64,000 nt of DNA from Takakia lepidozioides (Eukaryota > Plantae > Bryophyta), in contig CM060731.1 in assembly GCA_030704615.1 (NCBI GenBank), positions 31,930,001-31,994,000 of the forward strand, in the 5' to 3' direction. Below are positions 36,713 through 49,761 of the stretch, piece by piece. A program made the position numbers and the translations under genes. Each line of letters starts with the position of its first letter. The stretch's first letter is position 1. The notes beneath the pieces were generated by a model, which was given only the letters and a program-made list of their open reading frames with translations, was not told the DNA's origin and did no database searches.

Positions 36713-37623
36713 TGTTAGTGGGCTACTTGGGACTTTAACGCTTTTACGGGTTCTGTGGGGTACCCTTAATTTTTACACAGACTGAGACCAACAGGAGCCT
36801 TAGGAGTGACAGCAGCAGGTTTGGTTTACACAGCCCGACACAGCCCGTCACAGCCAGTCACAGCCAACACAGCCCGACACAGCTAGTCACAGTCAGTCAC
36901 AGCCAACACAACCCGCCACAGCCGACACAGCCCGTCACAGCCTTACACAGCCAGTCACAGCTCGGCACAGCTTGACACAGCCTGTCACAGTACATGGGGA
37001 ACAATTATCATTGGCAGGGAATGATTGTGAGGGAACGACATCTGCAGAAGGAACGTGTTAATTCAGGGATGACGGTTAATTAGTTAGGTGGTTAGAACAG
37101 CTTGCGGGCAGATAAGGGGAGCGGCAACGGAAAGAGGGGACACACTTCATGGGGAGCGTTTCTTAGTCATGTAGGAGAGGAGATCAGGCAGAGTGCAAGA
37201 ACGAGAGTAGAAAGAAGAAAAAAAGATGAACAGTAGATACTTATTTCATGCAGAGCTGTAGTGATACTGTATGGCGACTTAGAGTCACCTTGACATTGGC
37301 CTAGTACCTGATAAATCGTAAACTGATACTTATTCGATACAAGCACACTGTGTAGAGAGACATGAGTGAAGCTGTGAAATGAATGCATGATTAACTGGAA
37401 CTAAGAAGATACTGAAGCAATCTGATGCTTCAGTATCAGATAAAGTAAATTGATAACATGAAGGCAAGAAGGAATACAAATGGGAAGCACAACCATGATT
37501 CACTAGCTACAGGTCATGACTGATTGTACTGAGCGGGCTGAGCGCTTAGAGATATCCAACTCTTCTATCTTGGAGTTTCCACCTCGGATAGCGAAGGGAT
37601 GGGTGAGTAAAAGCCGTTTGACA
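36713..37623 (+). repeat. 5' LTR of family B copy 2, with 10-bp (ACAGCCxxxC)n tandem array; primer-binding site (PBS) follows
   Basis: TGTTAG...TTTGACA then TT-TGGCGACCATACTGGGG (PBS, probably tRNA-Arg type). Homologous to 53028-53906 and 54703-55721. Confidence 0.88.
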
Positions 37624-38211
37624 TTTGGCGACCATACTGGGGAACTGGGTCATGAACAGCCAAATGTGACAGGCATCTGGTGGGATCATGGTGGATGGAG
37701 AATTAGAGAATTTGATGTGAATCAAATTCCCTGTGAAACGGAGAAGGAAAGATTGTCTAAACAATTCTTTCAGAGGTTCTTGGAATTGCCAGACGGTTGT
37801 AAAGAAAACATTCTTAAGAGAGTGCATGATGCTGACCCTGAGTGGGGTCTAGAGAAAGGGGTGATAAAGATTTATCAGGTGGCCTGTAGAGGAAGAGCAC
37901 GTTGGTTACCAACACTGGTTTATGTGATAGCGTTGCTATCCATTAAGCGGGTAGAGTTTGAAGGCTGGGAGGAAAGGAAGGTGAATGTTTATACTCATAT
38001 GCATGAAGAGCTTGTACTGGTAAAGAATTGGATTCCAAAGGATATTCTGTGGATCAAACTCACACCAAGAACAGCTTTCCAGACTTGTTTGCCATATGGT
38101 TATATGGTAACGGAGACTTCTAGTATAGCCAAGGGTGCATTGAAGTTTGAAAGAAACCCAGGCATATACGAGAGATACTACAGAAGAGAGTATTGGTTAC
38201 TGCCACATTAA
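37516..38211 (+). CDS. Extra 5' ORF (231 aa) of family B starting inside the LTR
   Basis: Open frame, nearly identical in copy 4 (55614-56308, one frameshift). No known motif recognised. Confidence 0.6.
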   Translation: MTDCTERAERLEISNSSILEFPPRIAKGWVSKSRLTFGDHTGELGHEQPNVTGIWWDHGGWRIREFDVNQIPCETEKERLSKQFFQRFLELPDGCKENILKRVHDADPEWGLEKGVIKIYQVACRGRARWLPTLVYVIALLSIKRVEFEGWEERKVNVYTHMHEELVLVKNWIPKDILWIKLTPRTAFQTCLPYGYMVTETSSIAKGALKFERNPGIYERYYRREYWLLPH

Positions 38212-39389
38212 AGAAATGAAAGACATGGGACATGAGTGATGAAAGAGAAGCCAGACTCCAGAGATATTCAGCAAAAAGAGAAAGTTATCTGAAAGCTAAT
38301 TATCCATATCTTTGGGAGAGAGGAATAGACATAGGGGAATCATCTGGACCTCTCACGCCATTAAGATCAGAGAGTACATCACCCATACCGGAAGAACTAG
38401 AGTTGGATGCCACTCCTTTTTTTTCTTTGCAAGAAAGATTAAGGGAATTGGTACGGGAAGAAGATCAACCACGAGGTGAAAGATCTGAGGTACATCCATG
38501 GATAAAAGATTTGACATAAATCTTTGATAAGAGTTGGCATGGAACACCAAAAGCAGGAACTCCAGTTTCTGAAACGGAAGGTGAAGAAGGAGGAGAGGAT
38601 GTGGCAGAGCCAACGGAGAGTTCAGACTCTCCAACACCATTGCAGTTGAGTTACATGAGTGAAGAAGAAACCCAAGGGCAGAACTTGGAGGATGAAAACA
38701 GAGAGAAGAAATTGGAAGAGGAAGAATATGAAGAAGTAGACCCAACAGCTGAGGTTGAGACTACAACCAGGACATCCCAACCCGTTGGACCTGGATCAAA
38801 TGGAGCACTTGGATCACACGCCAATGAAGGTGTCGGCTCAGGGGGATCAGGCGGGCAGCCTGGATCTGGCTCTGGGGGGACAGGGAGTGTGGGAAGTAGT
38901 GCAACTGGAGCTGGGAATACTGTGAATATTGTGGGGCCAGTAGTAGGGAGTGCTCAGGGGCCACCACTGGGTGGAAGATCCACCACAACTACAACAGGTC
39001 CTCAAGGACCAGCAGCAGCAAGGGGGCCAGCATCTGTCAGTGGGCAGAAGGTAGGGCCACAGATAGCGTTACAACCAACACGGACAAAACCACCTTTTCC
39101 AATATATTCAGGGAAAGGGGATCCTGATGTACACATTAGCCAATTTGAGCACATGTGTATTGTGAACAATAAGAATGGCGATGATGCCAAGATGAGACTA
39201 TTTCCTTGTTCACTTATTAAGAAAGCAAGTGAATGGTATGCAAGATTCCCTGATAATCATTTCCTAACCTGGAATGGCTTGAATACAACATTCCGAAATA
39301 AGTTCAGGACAAGTAAAACTGAGGATGAAGTGTATGGAAGTTTACAACAGTTAAAGCAAAAGAAGCATGAAACTGTTGAAGAGTATATG

Positions 39390-42300
39390 CACTACAACAG
39401 ATGAGCGTTTTTATGACTGCACATATGACTATTTTTTCAGTCCTATATGCGTTCATGACTACATCACTCTACAGTGAAAAAAGCCCTGTCATAGCGACTA
39501 GTCTTTAAGACTGCATTTTGCAAGTCATAGCCGTGACTGCTTGCGTGGCACCTAGAGTCATGCATAAGAGAGTGATGTAGTTACAACTCTATGACTTACA
39601 TACGACTAACTATATGACTACATTGTCTGATGAGCGTTGCCTACATGGAGAGGCTTTAGAGGAACACGTGCACCACTGCGCAAGCGACACGTCACGACAC
39701 CTGTTGCACTTCAGATGTGACATGTGGCACTTAGACATAATATATGACTAGCATATATGACAGGGTTTATGCCACGTGTCATCAAGAATGTCTCTGAAAA
39801 TAATTTAATAGTTATATTTGTAATTTTAAATTCTTAAATTTATATTTTATTTTTGAAAACAGGGGATAGCAGCTTGGAATTTTTTATTAAATGGTATTAA
39901 TGCTTAATTTAATAATGTTATATAAAATAAAAATAGATTAAATGATTTAAATTTTTCATTATATGGTGAAAATCTGATATAAAAACAGAATGGACCCCTC
40001 TTGCATACTAGCAACCACAAGGATATTCAAAATAGACAAGTACAGGGAAATACACGCCCTGTAAATTATATTACAAAAATCCAAGTGAGACCAATGTCCC
40101 AATGGACACCTCAAAGGCCACAAGGTCCAAAAATCCATGCCTGAAAAGGTCCAGTAAGCAAAAAATAAGCAAGCCCACATATGGGCTGAATTGTTGTAAT
40201 ACTAGTTTGTTCTGGTGCTACTAGAATCAAGGACCATGTTAAACAGTGCAATACTTACGGCCGATTTGATAAGAGGGAAAAACAGGGTGAAATGTATTGA
40301 AGAAGGTGCCTTGATTAACAGTGCCTGATTTGATCAATTGTGCCGCTGCTGCTGCGGCTTCCAGTTGATCATCTACCCATGCAGGTTTTTTGTACCTATC
40401 CTTGCACAGGGAATCATAGGTAATATGGAGCTTGAAATCCGGCCCTCTTGGATGAATGTGGACCCACACATCTATCCCTGCTCCTTCAGCTATCCATGCC
40501 CCTGCACAAATCATGCATATATCCTCGCCTTGCTGCTAGCAGCTGACAATGACAGCCAAGTTCTATGACCCAAACCCAGAGTGAGCACAATGGCTTTGTA
40601 AGGCCAATGCTACAGGGCATATTCAATACTACAATGAGGATACGCAAGCAGCAGATACCATGTGCAAATAAAAAAACAACAAAGGTGGTGAAGGTGCGCA
40701 ACCTGCCAAAGAGAGGGCGGAGTTGAGGAAGGATGAAGCAACTACAGACATTGCGAAATGCTCTGATGCGGGCAGAAGGGAAGACCCAAGCCCTGTCGGG
40801 GTTCAGCTGGCAAAAGAACAAGCTGCTGACAGCAACAACATGGAAGCAGAGTGGATACAAGTTGATTTTGACAAACCTGAGTCCATCAGACAAGGCATTA
40901 GAAGGCCCAAACAAAGAACACTGTCTAAAATCTGTAATAACATGAGACACAGTCGTCAAACACTAACCCAACATGGGTCTTGGCAAACTTTCAGCAAAGC
41001 TGAAACAATCACAGAAGCAAAAAAAAGGGCAGGACCTCAAGGAAAGATGTAGGGAGTACCTTTTGCAGTGATCAATGAGTACGTGGAAGGAGGAGAAGCT
41101 TACCCATTGTCAAGCACGGAGTACATGATGCAACCAACAGCACAAGTATCATGTCAGTTCACTCATAATGAGCTAGAGGCACTGGATGAGTTGGACGAGA
41201 TATACCATATAAGTGATCACACTCCAATAAGACTACAACAACACCCCACATCAACATGTTGACACGGGGAAGTGCAAAGAAGGCCAAAATAGGGGATGGG
41301 ATGCCTATTATGTAGAAATCCAGCCAAGACATCAAGGATTTAGGGCAAAAACATGGATTTGGTGAAGAAGAATGCATTGGCATGGACAACATCTACAGCT
41401 CAGCAGGGTTTGAGCGCCAACCAGAGATATTCATGGGAGAGGGTGACAAAAGCGAGGAAGAAGCCAAAACACAAAGCCTTGACGCATTCACTGAAGACTG
41501 GGCAGACAAACAGATAAGAGAAGACAGTTCGCAAGAAACGGATAAGAGGGAAAAACAGGGTGAAATGTGCTGAAGGAGGTGCCTTCAGTAGACGTGCCTG
41601 ACCTTATCAATTGTGCCGCTGCTGCTGCCGCTTCCAGTTGACCATCTACCCATGTAGGTTTCTTGTAGCTATCCTTCCACAGGGAATCATAGGTAATGTG
41701 GAGCTTGAAATCCAGCCCTCTTGGATGAATCTGGACCCATACTCTATCCCTGCTCCTTCAGCTATCCATGCCTCTGACAACCTAGAATTCTACCAGCAAA
41801 CACCCCAACCATACTGGTGTGGAGTTCTTCCTCAAAACACCCCAACCCTACTTATCACAATCTGAAATGCATCTGCTTCTCTGTGTAGTCCAACAGGCAT
41901 TCGCCTTTTTATCTCCATTGTCCCACCATTGACTGGGGTCGGAAAGTGTTCACCCCAAAGCTTCTCCTCACCTCTATTATATGTTTTTGGATACTTCCAT
42001 GCTGCCACACTGGCAGTAACTTGCCAAAGTCACTCCAAACCACCACAGATCTACCCAACGACCTAACTTGCAAAATTCAATATGCATCTTGCGGCCTAGT
42101 CTGATGAGAGGGCAACACAGGCTGAAATAGGTTGAAGAAGAAGGTACCCTACCACATTGTCCTTGACCTCTCTTGACCCATGGAGGATTTGACCGATCAT
42201 CAACCTAAAAGGACCTCTTGTGTGTGCTGCTTGTGTCTGTAGTCAGGTAATGTCGGATTGGTCTGTGAGATCGAACCACTACGGCGTAGCTGAGTAGTCA

Positions 42301-42928
42301 GAGATTGAAACACGCATGATAAGACCAAGCTGACTCTCCCAAGAACGGCGAGCTCGCTTCTCCTCGTCTCGTCTCCTCCTCCTCTTCTCCTTCGTGCATC
42401 ATTTGCTCAACGCCTCCATCCCACGCCCCTGCATATCCTGCTATCATCGTGTTCCATCCCTCGGCTATGTGGTGTGGCGCAGGAGACAAAAAAACGCCAA
42501 GTCCCAGCCCTCCTTTCTGTTCACGATTACCCTAATGGGCAACCTTATTAGCAATTTTTTAACTTTTTTAAACCTAATGGACAACCTTATTTGCATTATA
42601 TGTGCCTTCAAAATGACACGTGTAGTGATGTAGTCGTATAAATAGAGTTGTGAAACCATCTTCAGTCATGGAGTCATAAGATTACATGAAACGTCGTCCA
42701 CGTGTAGTCAAACATATCACACTAGTCATATAAACCATCCCTGTCATCATGGTCAACAATGTTTGACCAATGCTCCCTAACTTTCCGGAGTCATGTAGTG
42801 ATATCCGTTACTACAAAGTCATAAAACTATGACTGCAATGCATTTCAGTGCTCTGTAGTCATCTACCTAGTGCAGTTTTTATGACTCCGCCAAAGCCGTA
42901 GTCCTAAAAACGCTCATCTCTTGTAGTG
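39390..42928. mobile_element. Non-autonomous CACTA element, 3539 bp
   Basis: Terminal inverted repeat CACTACAA(C/G)AGATGAGCGTTTTTA at both ends; 3-bp TSD ATG (39387-39389, 42929-42931); subterminal ATGACT/AGTCAT motifs; empty site at ~57472-57490; no transposase. Confidence 0.95.
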
Positions 42929-43515
42929 ATGGAAAAGATGGAATTGATGATGAAAAAGCTGGCTGCTGTACCAGCACCAGGTTTACAGAAGACTTGGTTT
43001 GTGAGTGGACTAAGACCAGAGTTGCAAAAGAAAGTGGATATGTTACCCCATAATACAGTGGAGGAAGCATTTGAAACAGCGAACAGAATTGAGCAATTGG
43101 GAATGCTCAGGAGAGAGAAAAGGGATGATGAGGACTTTGAAGATGAGTCAGATGAGGAAGAAGAGCAAGAGCTAAAAAGGAAGAGTAAGAGGAAGGAGAA
43201 GTTGAAGAGGGATATCTATGAAAAAAGATTAGAAGAAATCTTGAAGAAGTATCCCACAGAGGCTGCAACACATTGGAGGAAGGGTGTTTGGTGTGCAAAG
43301 TGCCAGAATGAAGGCCATACCACCACTGAATGCCACATGAAGGAGAAACACTGTACTATCTGTAAAATGGATAACCATTCTACTGAGAATTGTTACTACA
43401 ATAGAAGGACAACAGCTAGAGAACCTAGGCAAGTAAGGGTGCATCAAGTGCAGCCCCAGCCAAGAAGAAACAGTGATCAGGACCACTATGGTAGGCCTGG
43501 TGGTTATAACAATGG

Positions 43516-44239
43516 TGTCGCGGCCCTTTGCCTTGAGGGCAGGGGGTCGGGACACATGAGGGGCTGCCCCTGTGGTGGGGGCAGCGGCAGCGATAGGTAT
43601 GGGGGGCTGAAGCACCCTTGAGTGCCCAAGGCACTCAAGGAGGCGGAGGCGCTCACTAGGTGGAGCCCCGCACACCGGGTTGCGGTGGAGGTGGCCCCAC
43701 AAGGGGTGGTGGTAGCTTAGTGGGACTTAGTGGGGGTGGCATAGGACTCACCATGGGGTGGAGACCTCGAGGTGGGAGTCGTGGGGAGTCTTGGGACTCA
43801 TCACGGTCCATTGGGGCCGCGGTGAGTGGGCCAAGACTCACCGCGACTCACCACCGGGAGTCGAGGGTTTTCGTGGTGGTTCGCCATAAAATGGCATGGC
43901 TGGTTATGAAACCCCCGCGGACAGCTACAGAAGTATATATAGGGAGTAGTAACCCCGAGAACGGTGCAAGCCCGTTGGTGACCAAAAACTAGTGAGTAAG
44001 CGAGCGAGCCGGAAAGCGACCAAAGAGTGGGGAGCTGTTCCGGACTGCCATCTACCAAAGGGAATTCTCCTAGTCCCAAATAGGTGGAGGGTTTAGAGGG
44101 AAGCGGAAGGGGACCGTTATGTCCCGGTGAGCAGCCGAAACTCCAAGTTGGCCCGGCGGCCAGGTTGGGAGTCAGGCGCGCGCATCAAAGCGAGTAACTA
44201 TGACTTGAAGGGGAGTTTACCGAACTGAGGTGTGCGACA
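43516..44239 (+). repeat. Chromovirus 5' LTR
   Basis: Direct repeat of 49762-50485; only one mismatch noticed by eye. Confidence 0.97.
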
Positions 44240-44294
44240 CTTGGTATCAGAGCTTAGAGTTCAGTACGCGATCGTCCTTGGGATTGGCCTCATC

Positions 44295-45535
44295 ATGGGG
44301 TCGGGCAAGCCGAAGCGAAAGCGGAACGGCCCAAAAGATGATGATCCCGGTGAGCCCGATGGGGGCGACGTGTCACCGAGGCGGCCGTTTGAGGAAGCGA
44401 TTAATGTTTCCGAAAACGAGGCCGCTCAGGAGCGGGAGGAATCCGAGGAGTCGGAGCCCGAGGAATCTTTGAGAGCTCTGACAAACCAAGAGATGCCTCC
44501 CATGCCGGCAGCCTTTTGGGAAGGGTTGTTGGCGCAGTTTGGCGGGACGTTGAAAGACGTGTTGAAGGCGGCTAATGCCACTTCCACCAAGGCAAAGTTT
44601 AAGGTGAAGCCTAAGGAACCCGGCACCTTCGAGGGCGTTCGAAACCGGAAGGCACTCAACACCTGGCTCCTGGAGCTAGAGCAGTACTTCCGGGCGGCCA
44701 AGTTGAGTGACGAGGATCGGGTGGAAGTGGCTCCCACCTATTTGAGGGGCTATGCTCAACAATGGTGGCAGAAACGCCTTCACGACCGAGGCCCAAGCCC
44801 GGAAACCTTGAACTGGAGTGAGTTCAAGGAATTGATGAAGAGACAGTTTGTGCCCCTCAACGCATCCTGGCTTGCCCGGGACAAGATGAGGAATTTGAAG
44901 CAAACAGATGACATTCGGGGTATGTCCAGGCTTTCAATGTGCTGTTGCTCGAAGTCGCGGACATGGCAGAACCAGAAATGGTCTTCAACTTTGTGGCGGG
45001 ACTGGCCCCATGGGCTAGGCGGAAGTTGGAGGAGAAGCCACCCAAGACTTTGAACGAGGCAATTGAGAGAGCTGAATGTTTCTCGGATGTCCCTAGGGGT
45101 GAGAGACAAGGCCGTACGGAGCTGAACCACAAGAAGACCCGGCGGGAAGGTGACTCCTCCCGACCGGAAAAGAAGTGGGATAGGCCACGCGGCGAAAATG
45201 GCACGTGGAAATCGAAGGGAGGTCCTTCACACGTCAAGGCGGCACCCGGTGCTTCGAAAGGAAAAGCGGGTGGAGCGACTTATGGCGGACAGAAGGCGAC
45301 CTTTGATGGAGTGTGTTTCAATTGCGGGGAGCCCGGGCACATGGCCAAGAAGTGCACGAAGCCCCGGCAATTGAACATGACTCGGGCGACCACGGAGCTG
45401 TCGGAAGATACCATCAGTCGCTTGGTGGAAGCGGTGGTCGCCAGGACTTGCAAGGTAGGCAAATTTCTTGTGAGTTGTATCAGGAAACTGGCGCCTTACG
45501 AAAAGGGAGTCAGTTATTGTTCGTGGATGGGATAA
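44295..45535 (+). CDS. gag: Chromovirus gag (1-bp frameshift near 44918)
   Basis: [46 protein letters not shown]. Confidence 0.88.
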
Positions 45536-48500
45536 TATCCGGAACTAATGTGTCGTTGTTGGTGGACACAGGAGCGTCGCACTCCTTCATGACGCCGGCG
45601 GCGGCGCGAAAGTTGGGACTCCCGACAAGTGACGTGGGGGCCTCTATTGAGGTGCGCTCTGCCAAAGGAGAACCTCAGTTGGCGACAAGGTTGGCGTTTG
45701 ATGTTCCTCTTCAACTGGGGAGTTGGGAGGGACGTGAGAACTTCACTATCTGCGAGATCGATGGAGTGGATCTCATTTTGGGAATGACCTTTTTGAGCAA
45801 ATCCGGAGCGGTCATAGATGGCCGCAAGAGAGTAGTCACGCTGCCATGTGGGAATGGTGGCGAGGTTTTACGAGTGTCGGAAACGCCCAAATCCGTGGGA
45901 GGGCGAATAAACCTTCTATCAGCAAAGGAGTGGGCCGTGGAGGAGACACACGAGTCCCAGTTTTTGCTTTACATTAGAGAAGTGAAAGGAGAAGGCGATG
46001 GGGAGCCGAGCCCAGATTGGATCAAGGGGATTTTGGAGAAATACCAGGATGTGATGCCGGAGGATTTACCAAGCGGCTTGCCACCGCGAAGAGGAGTTGA
46101 CCACAAAATTGAGGTGATACCGGGATCGGAACCGCCTGCCAAGGCGCCCTACCGGTTGAGCCACAAAGAGTTGGTCGAGCTGAAGACTCAGCTCAAAGAT
46201 CTAATGTCAAAGGGGTACATCCGGCCGAGTAAGTCACCTTACGGAGCCCCGGTGCTATTTGCAGACAAGAAGGATGGGACGCTGCGGATGTGTGTCGATT
46301 ACAGGGCTCTGAATAAGGTGACTATCAAAAACCGGTACCCTTTGCCAAGGATCGACGACCTCTTCGATCGGTTGGCAGGAGCGAAGTATTTCAGCCGGAT
46401 CGACTTGCGCTCCGGCTATCACCAAATTCGGGTGGCGGAAGGAGATGAGGAGAAGACCGCGTGCAGGACAAGGTATGGTTCATATGAGTTCTTGGTGATG
46501 CCTTTTGGGCTCACCAATGCACCAGCGACATTTAGCACGCTGATGAACAGCCTTTTCCAGGAGTGGTTGGATGACTTTGTGATCGTGTACATCGACGACA
46601 TCTTGGTGTACTCGAAAACAAAGGAGGAGCACCTGGAGCACCTCAAAAGGGTGTTCCAAAAATTGCGAGAAGGGAAGCTGTATGCCAAAGCTTCAAAGTG
46701 CGAATTCGGGGTCACAAAAGTGGAGTTCTTGGGGCACGTGATTACACAGGATGGGATCAAAATGGATGACAGAAAGGTGAGGGCGATCTTGGACTGGGAG
46801 CCTCCGACTTCGGTCCCGGGAGTGCGATCCTTCCTAGGACTCGCCTCCTATTACCGGAAGTATGTGAGAAATTTCGCCAAGATCGCGGGGCCGCTGTCGG
46901 ACCTTCTGTGTAAATCCAAAGTCTGGGTATGGAACACATTTTGTGGCCAAGCTTTTGCTGAATTGAAGCAGCGGATGACGGAAGCTCCAGTCTTAAAAAT
47001 CCCGGAGTTCGATCGTCCGTTTGAGATTCATACAGATGCATCGGACTTCGCAATTGGGGGTGTACTTATGCAAGATGGACGTCCAGTGGCTTACGAAAGT
47101 AAGAAACTGAATGAAGTGGAGCGACGGTGGCCGACGCACGAAAAAGAGATGAAGGCGGTGGTACATTGCCTTGAACTCTGGCGCCACTATGTTGGTTCCA
47201 ACCCAGTGAAGGTGTTCACGGACAATGTCACGGTGAAGTATTTTGCCACGCAGCCCAAGTTGTCCCCAAAACAACTTAGGTGGCAAGATACTTTGGCAGT
47301 GTTCGACGTGGATATCCAGTACAAACCGGGACGGGACAATGTGGTGGCCGATGCTTTAAGTAGAAAGCAGCAGCTCTTGTTGGTGTACAAGGGCGAGACG
47401 GCGCTCCAAAGGAAGATCCGGAAGGCTTGCCGGAAGGATGAGCTGGCAAAGTGCGTGATGCAGAACTTGAGAATGGGGGTTAAATCGCAGTTCCACTTGC
47501 AAAACGGACTGCTCCGGTATAAGCAAAAACGTCTCTATGTGCCAAAGGGAGGGATCAGGGATAGTCTCTTGAGAGAATGCCATGATAGCCCGCTTGCGGG
47601 CCACGGTGGAGCCAAGCGCACTGCGGCACTCTTGAAGAAAGAGTATTTCTGGCCCAAACTGAGGGAGGAGGCAGAGGAGTATGTAAAGACATGCACCACA
47701 TGCCAACAAAACCGGAGCGAGTATAAAAAGCAAGCGGGGCTGTTACAACCCTTGCCGATTCCAGAGGGGACTTGGGAAAGCGTCTCGATGGATTTCATGA
47801 CTGCTATGCCGCTGTCAAAAGGATTCGATGCAATCATGGTGGTGGTAGATAGGTTCAGTAAAATGGCCCATTTCATCCCCACCAAGGAGACGGCAACTGC
47901 GCAGGAGACAGGGCGACTTTACTTCGCCCACGTCTTAAAGCATCATGGAGTCCCGAAGGATATTGTCTCGGACCGCGACCCAAAGTTTACGAGTAAATTC
48001 TGGAGAGCACTTTGGAAGAAGATGGGGACGAGGCTGAAGATGAGCACCGCCTTCCGACCTACGACGGACGGCCAAACGGAAAGAGTGAATTCCGTAGTGA
48101 AGCAATTCTTGCGGAATTACGTGTCGGCAGACCAATCAGACTGGATGGAACACTTAGACGCGGCAGAGTTCTGTTATAATAACACAGAACACTCCGCGAC
48201 GGGAGTTTCCCCTTTTGTGTTGGTCTATGGAAAAGCACCTCTGGTGCCGACAAGTTGGGCCGCCCAGGACGTTGAGGAACCGGCAGTAGCGGCGGTACTG
48301 GAAGAACGCGAGCGTTTGTTGAAGCTCGCAAAGTACAACATTGCCAAAGCTAGGAAACGGTATGAAAGGCAGGCGAATCGGAAGCGGAGGGAAGTGAAGT
48401 TTGAGGCAGGCACAGAGGTCTGGTTGAACATCAAGAATTTTCGACTACCTCCGGAAATGAGTCCGAAGTTCGTACCTCCGTATGCGGGTCCCTTTCGCAT

Positions 48501-48855
48501 TCGGAGGGTTATGAATGAGGATGTGTATGAATTGGAGCTGCCAGCAAACAGCAAGGTGCACCCAGTATTCCATGTCTCCCTTTTGAAGCCTTACTTCAAA
48601 GATGAAGCACGTCCGAATCGGCAGCAAGTGTTGCGTCCGCCACCTATGCTGTTGGATCATGAAAATGAACCCGAGTACGAGGTGGAGGCAATACTTAAGT
48701 CGAGGAGGTTCAAGAACCGAGAAACGGAGTATCTCGTCAAATGGAAGGGCTATCATCTTGTGGAGGCATCTTGGGTGCGTGCCTCAGAAATGGGAAACGC
48801 ATCCGAGGCAGTTGCAGCGTTCGAAGGGCGACCTCAAAAGCGGAAGAAGCGTTGA
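45313..48855 (+). CDS. pol: Chromovirus pol: protease-RT-RNase H-integrase-chromodomain, open frame
   Basis: LVDTGAS; YIDDI; TDASD; [22 protein letters not shown]; GPF; [18 protein letters not shown]. Confidence 0.96.
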   Translation: MFQLRGARAHGQEVHEAPAIEHDSGDHGAVGRYHQSLGGSGGRQDLQGRQISCELYQETGALRKGSQLLFVDGIISGTNVSLLVDTGASHSFMTPAAARKLGLPTSDVGASIEVRSAKGEPQLATRLAFDVPLQLGSWEGRENFTICEIDGVDLILGMTFLSKSGAVIDGRKRVVTLPCGNGGEVLRVSETPKSVGGRINLLSAKEWAVEETHESQFLLYIREVKGEGDGEPSPDWIKGILEKYQDVMPEDLPSGLPPRRGVDHKIEVIPGSEPPAKAPYRLSHKELVELKTQLKDLMSKGYIRPSKSPYGAPVLFADKKDGTLRMCVDYRALNKVTIKNRYPLPRIDDLFDRLAGAKYFSRIDLRSGYHQIRVAEGDEEKTACRTRYGSYEFLVMPFGLTNAPATFSTLMNSLFQEWLDDFVIVYIDDILVYSKTKEEHLEHLKRVFQKLREGKLYAKASKCEFGVTKVEFLGHVITQDGIKMDDRKVRAILDWEPPTSVPGVRSFLGLASYYRKYVRNFAKIAGPLSDLLCKSKVWVWNTFCGQAFAELKQRMTEAPVLKIPEFDRPFEIHTDASDFAIGGVLMQDGRPVAYESKKLNEVERRWPTHEKEMKAVVHCLELWRHYVGSNPVKVFTDNVTVKYFATQPKLSPKQLRWQDTLAVFDVDIQYKPGRDNVVADALSRKQQLLLVYKGETALQRKIRKACRKDELAKCVMQNLRMGVKSQFHLQNGLLRYKQKRLYVPKGGIRDSLLRECHDSPLAGHGGAKRTAALLKKEYFWPKLREEAEEYVKTCTTCQQNRSEYKKQAGLLQPLPIPEGTWESVSMDFMTAMPLSKGFDAIMVVVDRFSKMAHFIPTKETATAQETGRLYFAHVLKHHGVPKDIVSDRDPKFTSKFWRALWKKMGTRLKMSTAFRPTTDGQTERVNSVVKQFLRNYVSADQSDWMEHLDAAEFCYNNTEHSATGVSPFVLVYGKAPLVPTSWAAQDVEEPAVAAVLEERERLLKLAKYNIAKARKRYERQANRKRREVKFEAGTEVWLNIKNFRLPPEMSPKFVPPYAGPFRIRRVMNEDVYELELPANSKVHPVFHVSLLKPYFKDEARPNRQQVLRPPPMLLDHENEPEYEVEAILKSRRFKNRETEYLVKWKGYHLVEASWVRASEMGNASEAVAAFEGRPQKRKKR

Positions 48856-49761
48856 TGGGGACATCAACCTTGGAGCGTGGGGGAGGAAATGCATGCTTAG
48901 CCCGGTTTAGCTAGCTCAGGAATCCGATTGCAAAAACTTGTATTGTACAAAAATTTGTGATAAAGGAAATGGGTTCCAAATATTGTGCGTCCTATTGTGT
49001 TTGGAATGGTGATGCATGGTGTGGTTGGCTGGTGTGTAGAATGCATGCTAGCTTACAAAAGTGGGAGAGGTAAATTGGGTTAATCGTGTGTTTGCGCAGT
49101 GCCGAAATCGGGTGACTCCCATCCAAGGGGCAAGGAAACTTGCGCCTTATTTGGGAGTTCAAGTGCTAGTGCGCACCTGGCGCGTGCGCGTACTATAACT
49201 GCGCTACCGAGGGGGTTGCCTTGTAGTGCGGGCTAACGCGGAAGCTACGTGCTTCCGTTCACGTACTATAATCGTGTAGCCTCGGGACGAAGTCGTAGTG
49301 CGGCTTCGGCGTGTTCCCGTACCTCAGGCCAGCATTCCAAGGCGGACCCAATTGTAGTGATTGGGGCGCACGGTTGGTTCAAGGTTATCTTCCTAGTCAA
49401 AGAGGGTTCCAGGTGAACCCTTGCTCAAGGTGATGCCAAAAGCGGCATCATGAGCGATCGCAAGCAATGTTGTTGCAGTAAGGCGATTCGATCCTCGGGG
49501 AGGATCGTTCCTTGGCCTTGAAGTAGGCCAAGAAGAGTGCACTGGGAGGAGCTGGAGAGGCTCCACCCTTGGCCGGGACTTGGAGGAAGTCGGCCGAACT
49601 AGCTAGTGGAGAGTGGAGTCAAGTGTGGGGTTTGGTTCTTTGCCATGGGACGCCATGGTACGGAAACAAACTCCTTGATGTGGGACGCCACAACTTGGAT
49701 GTTCGTTTCTACAAAATGGACAAGTCGATGAGGACATCGACTCCCTGTTGGTAGGGGTGTG

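Noticed and set aside
36830-36990. (ACAGCC...)n 10-bp arrays (also ~34250-34360, 53640-53810, 54825-55065) and the ORFs they create
   Set aside because: Ordinary tandem repeats within family B; the repetitive ORFs are by-products.
43656-44079. Short ORFs within the chromovirus LTRs and many antisense ORFs over pol genes
   Set aside because: GC-rich LTR or shadow frames with no protein motifs.
45455-45490. AAATTTC as a programmed -1 frameshift site between chromovirus gag and pol
   Set aside because: The heptamer is not in the X XXY YYZ phase of the gag frame; a 1-bp indel explains the offset equally well.
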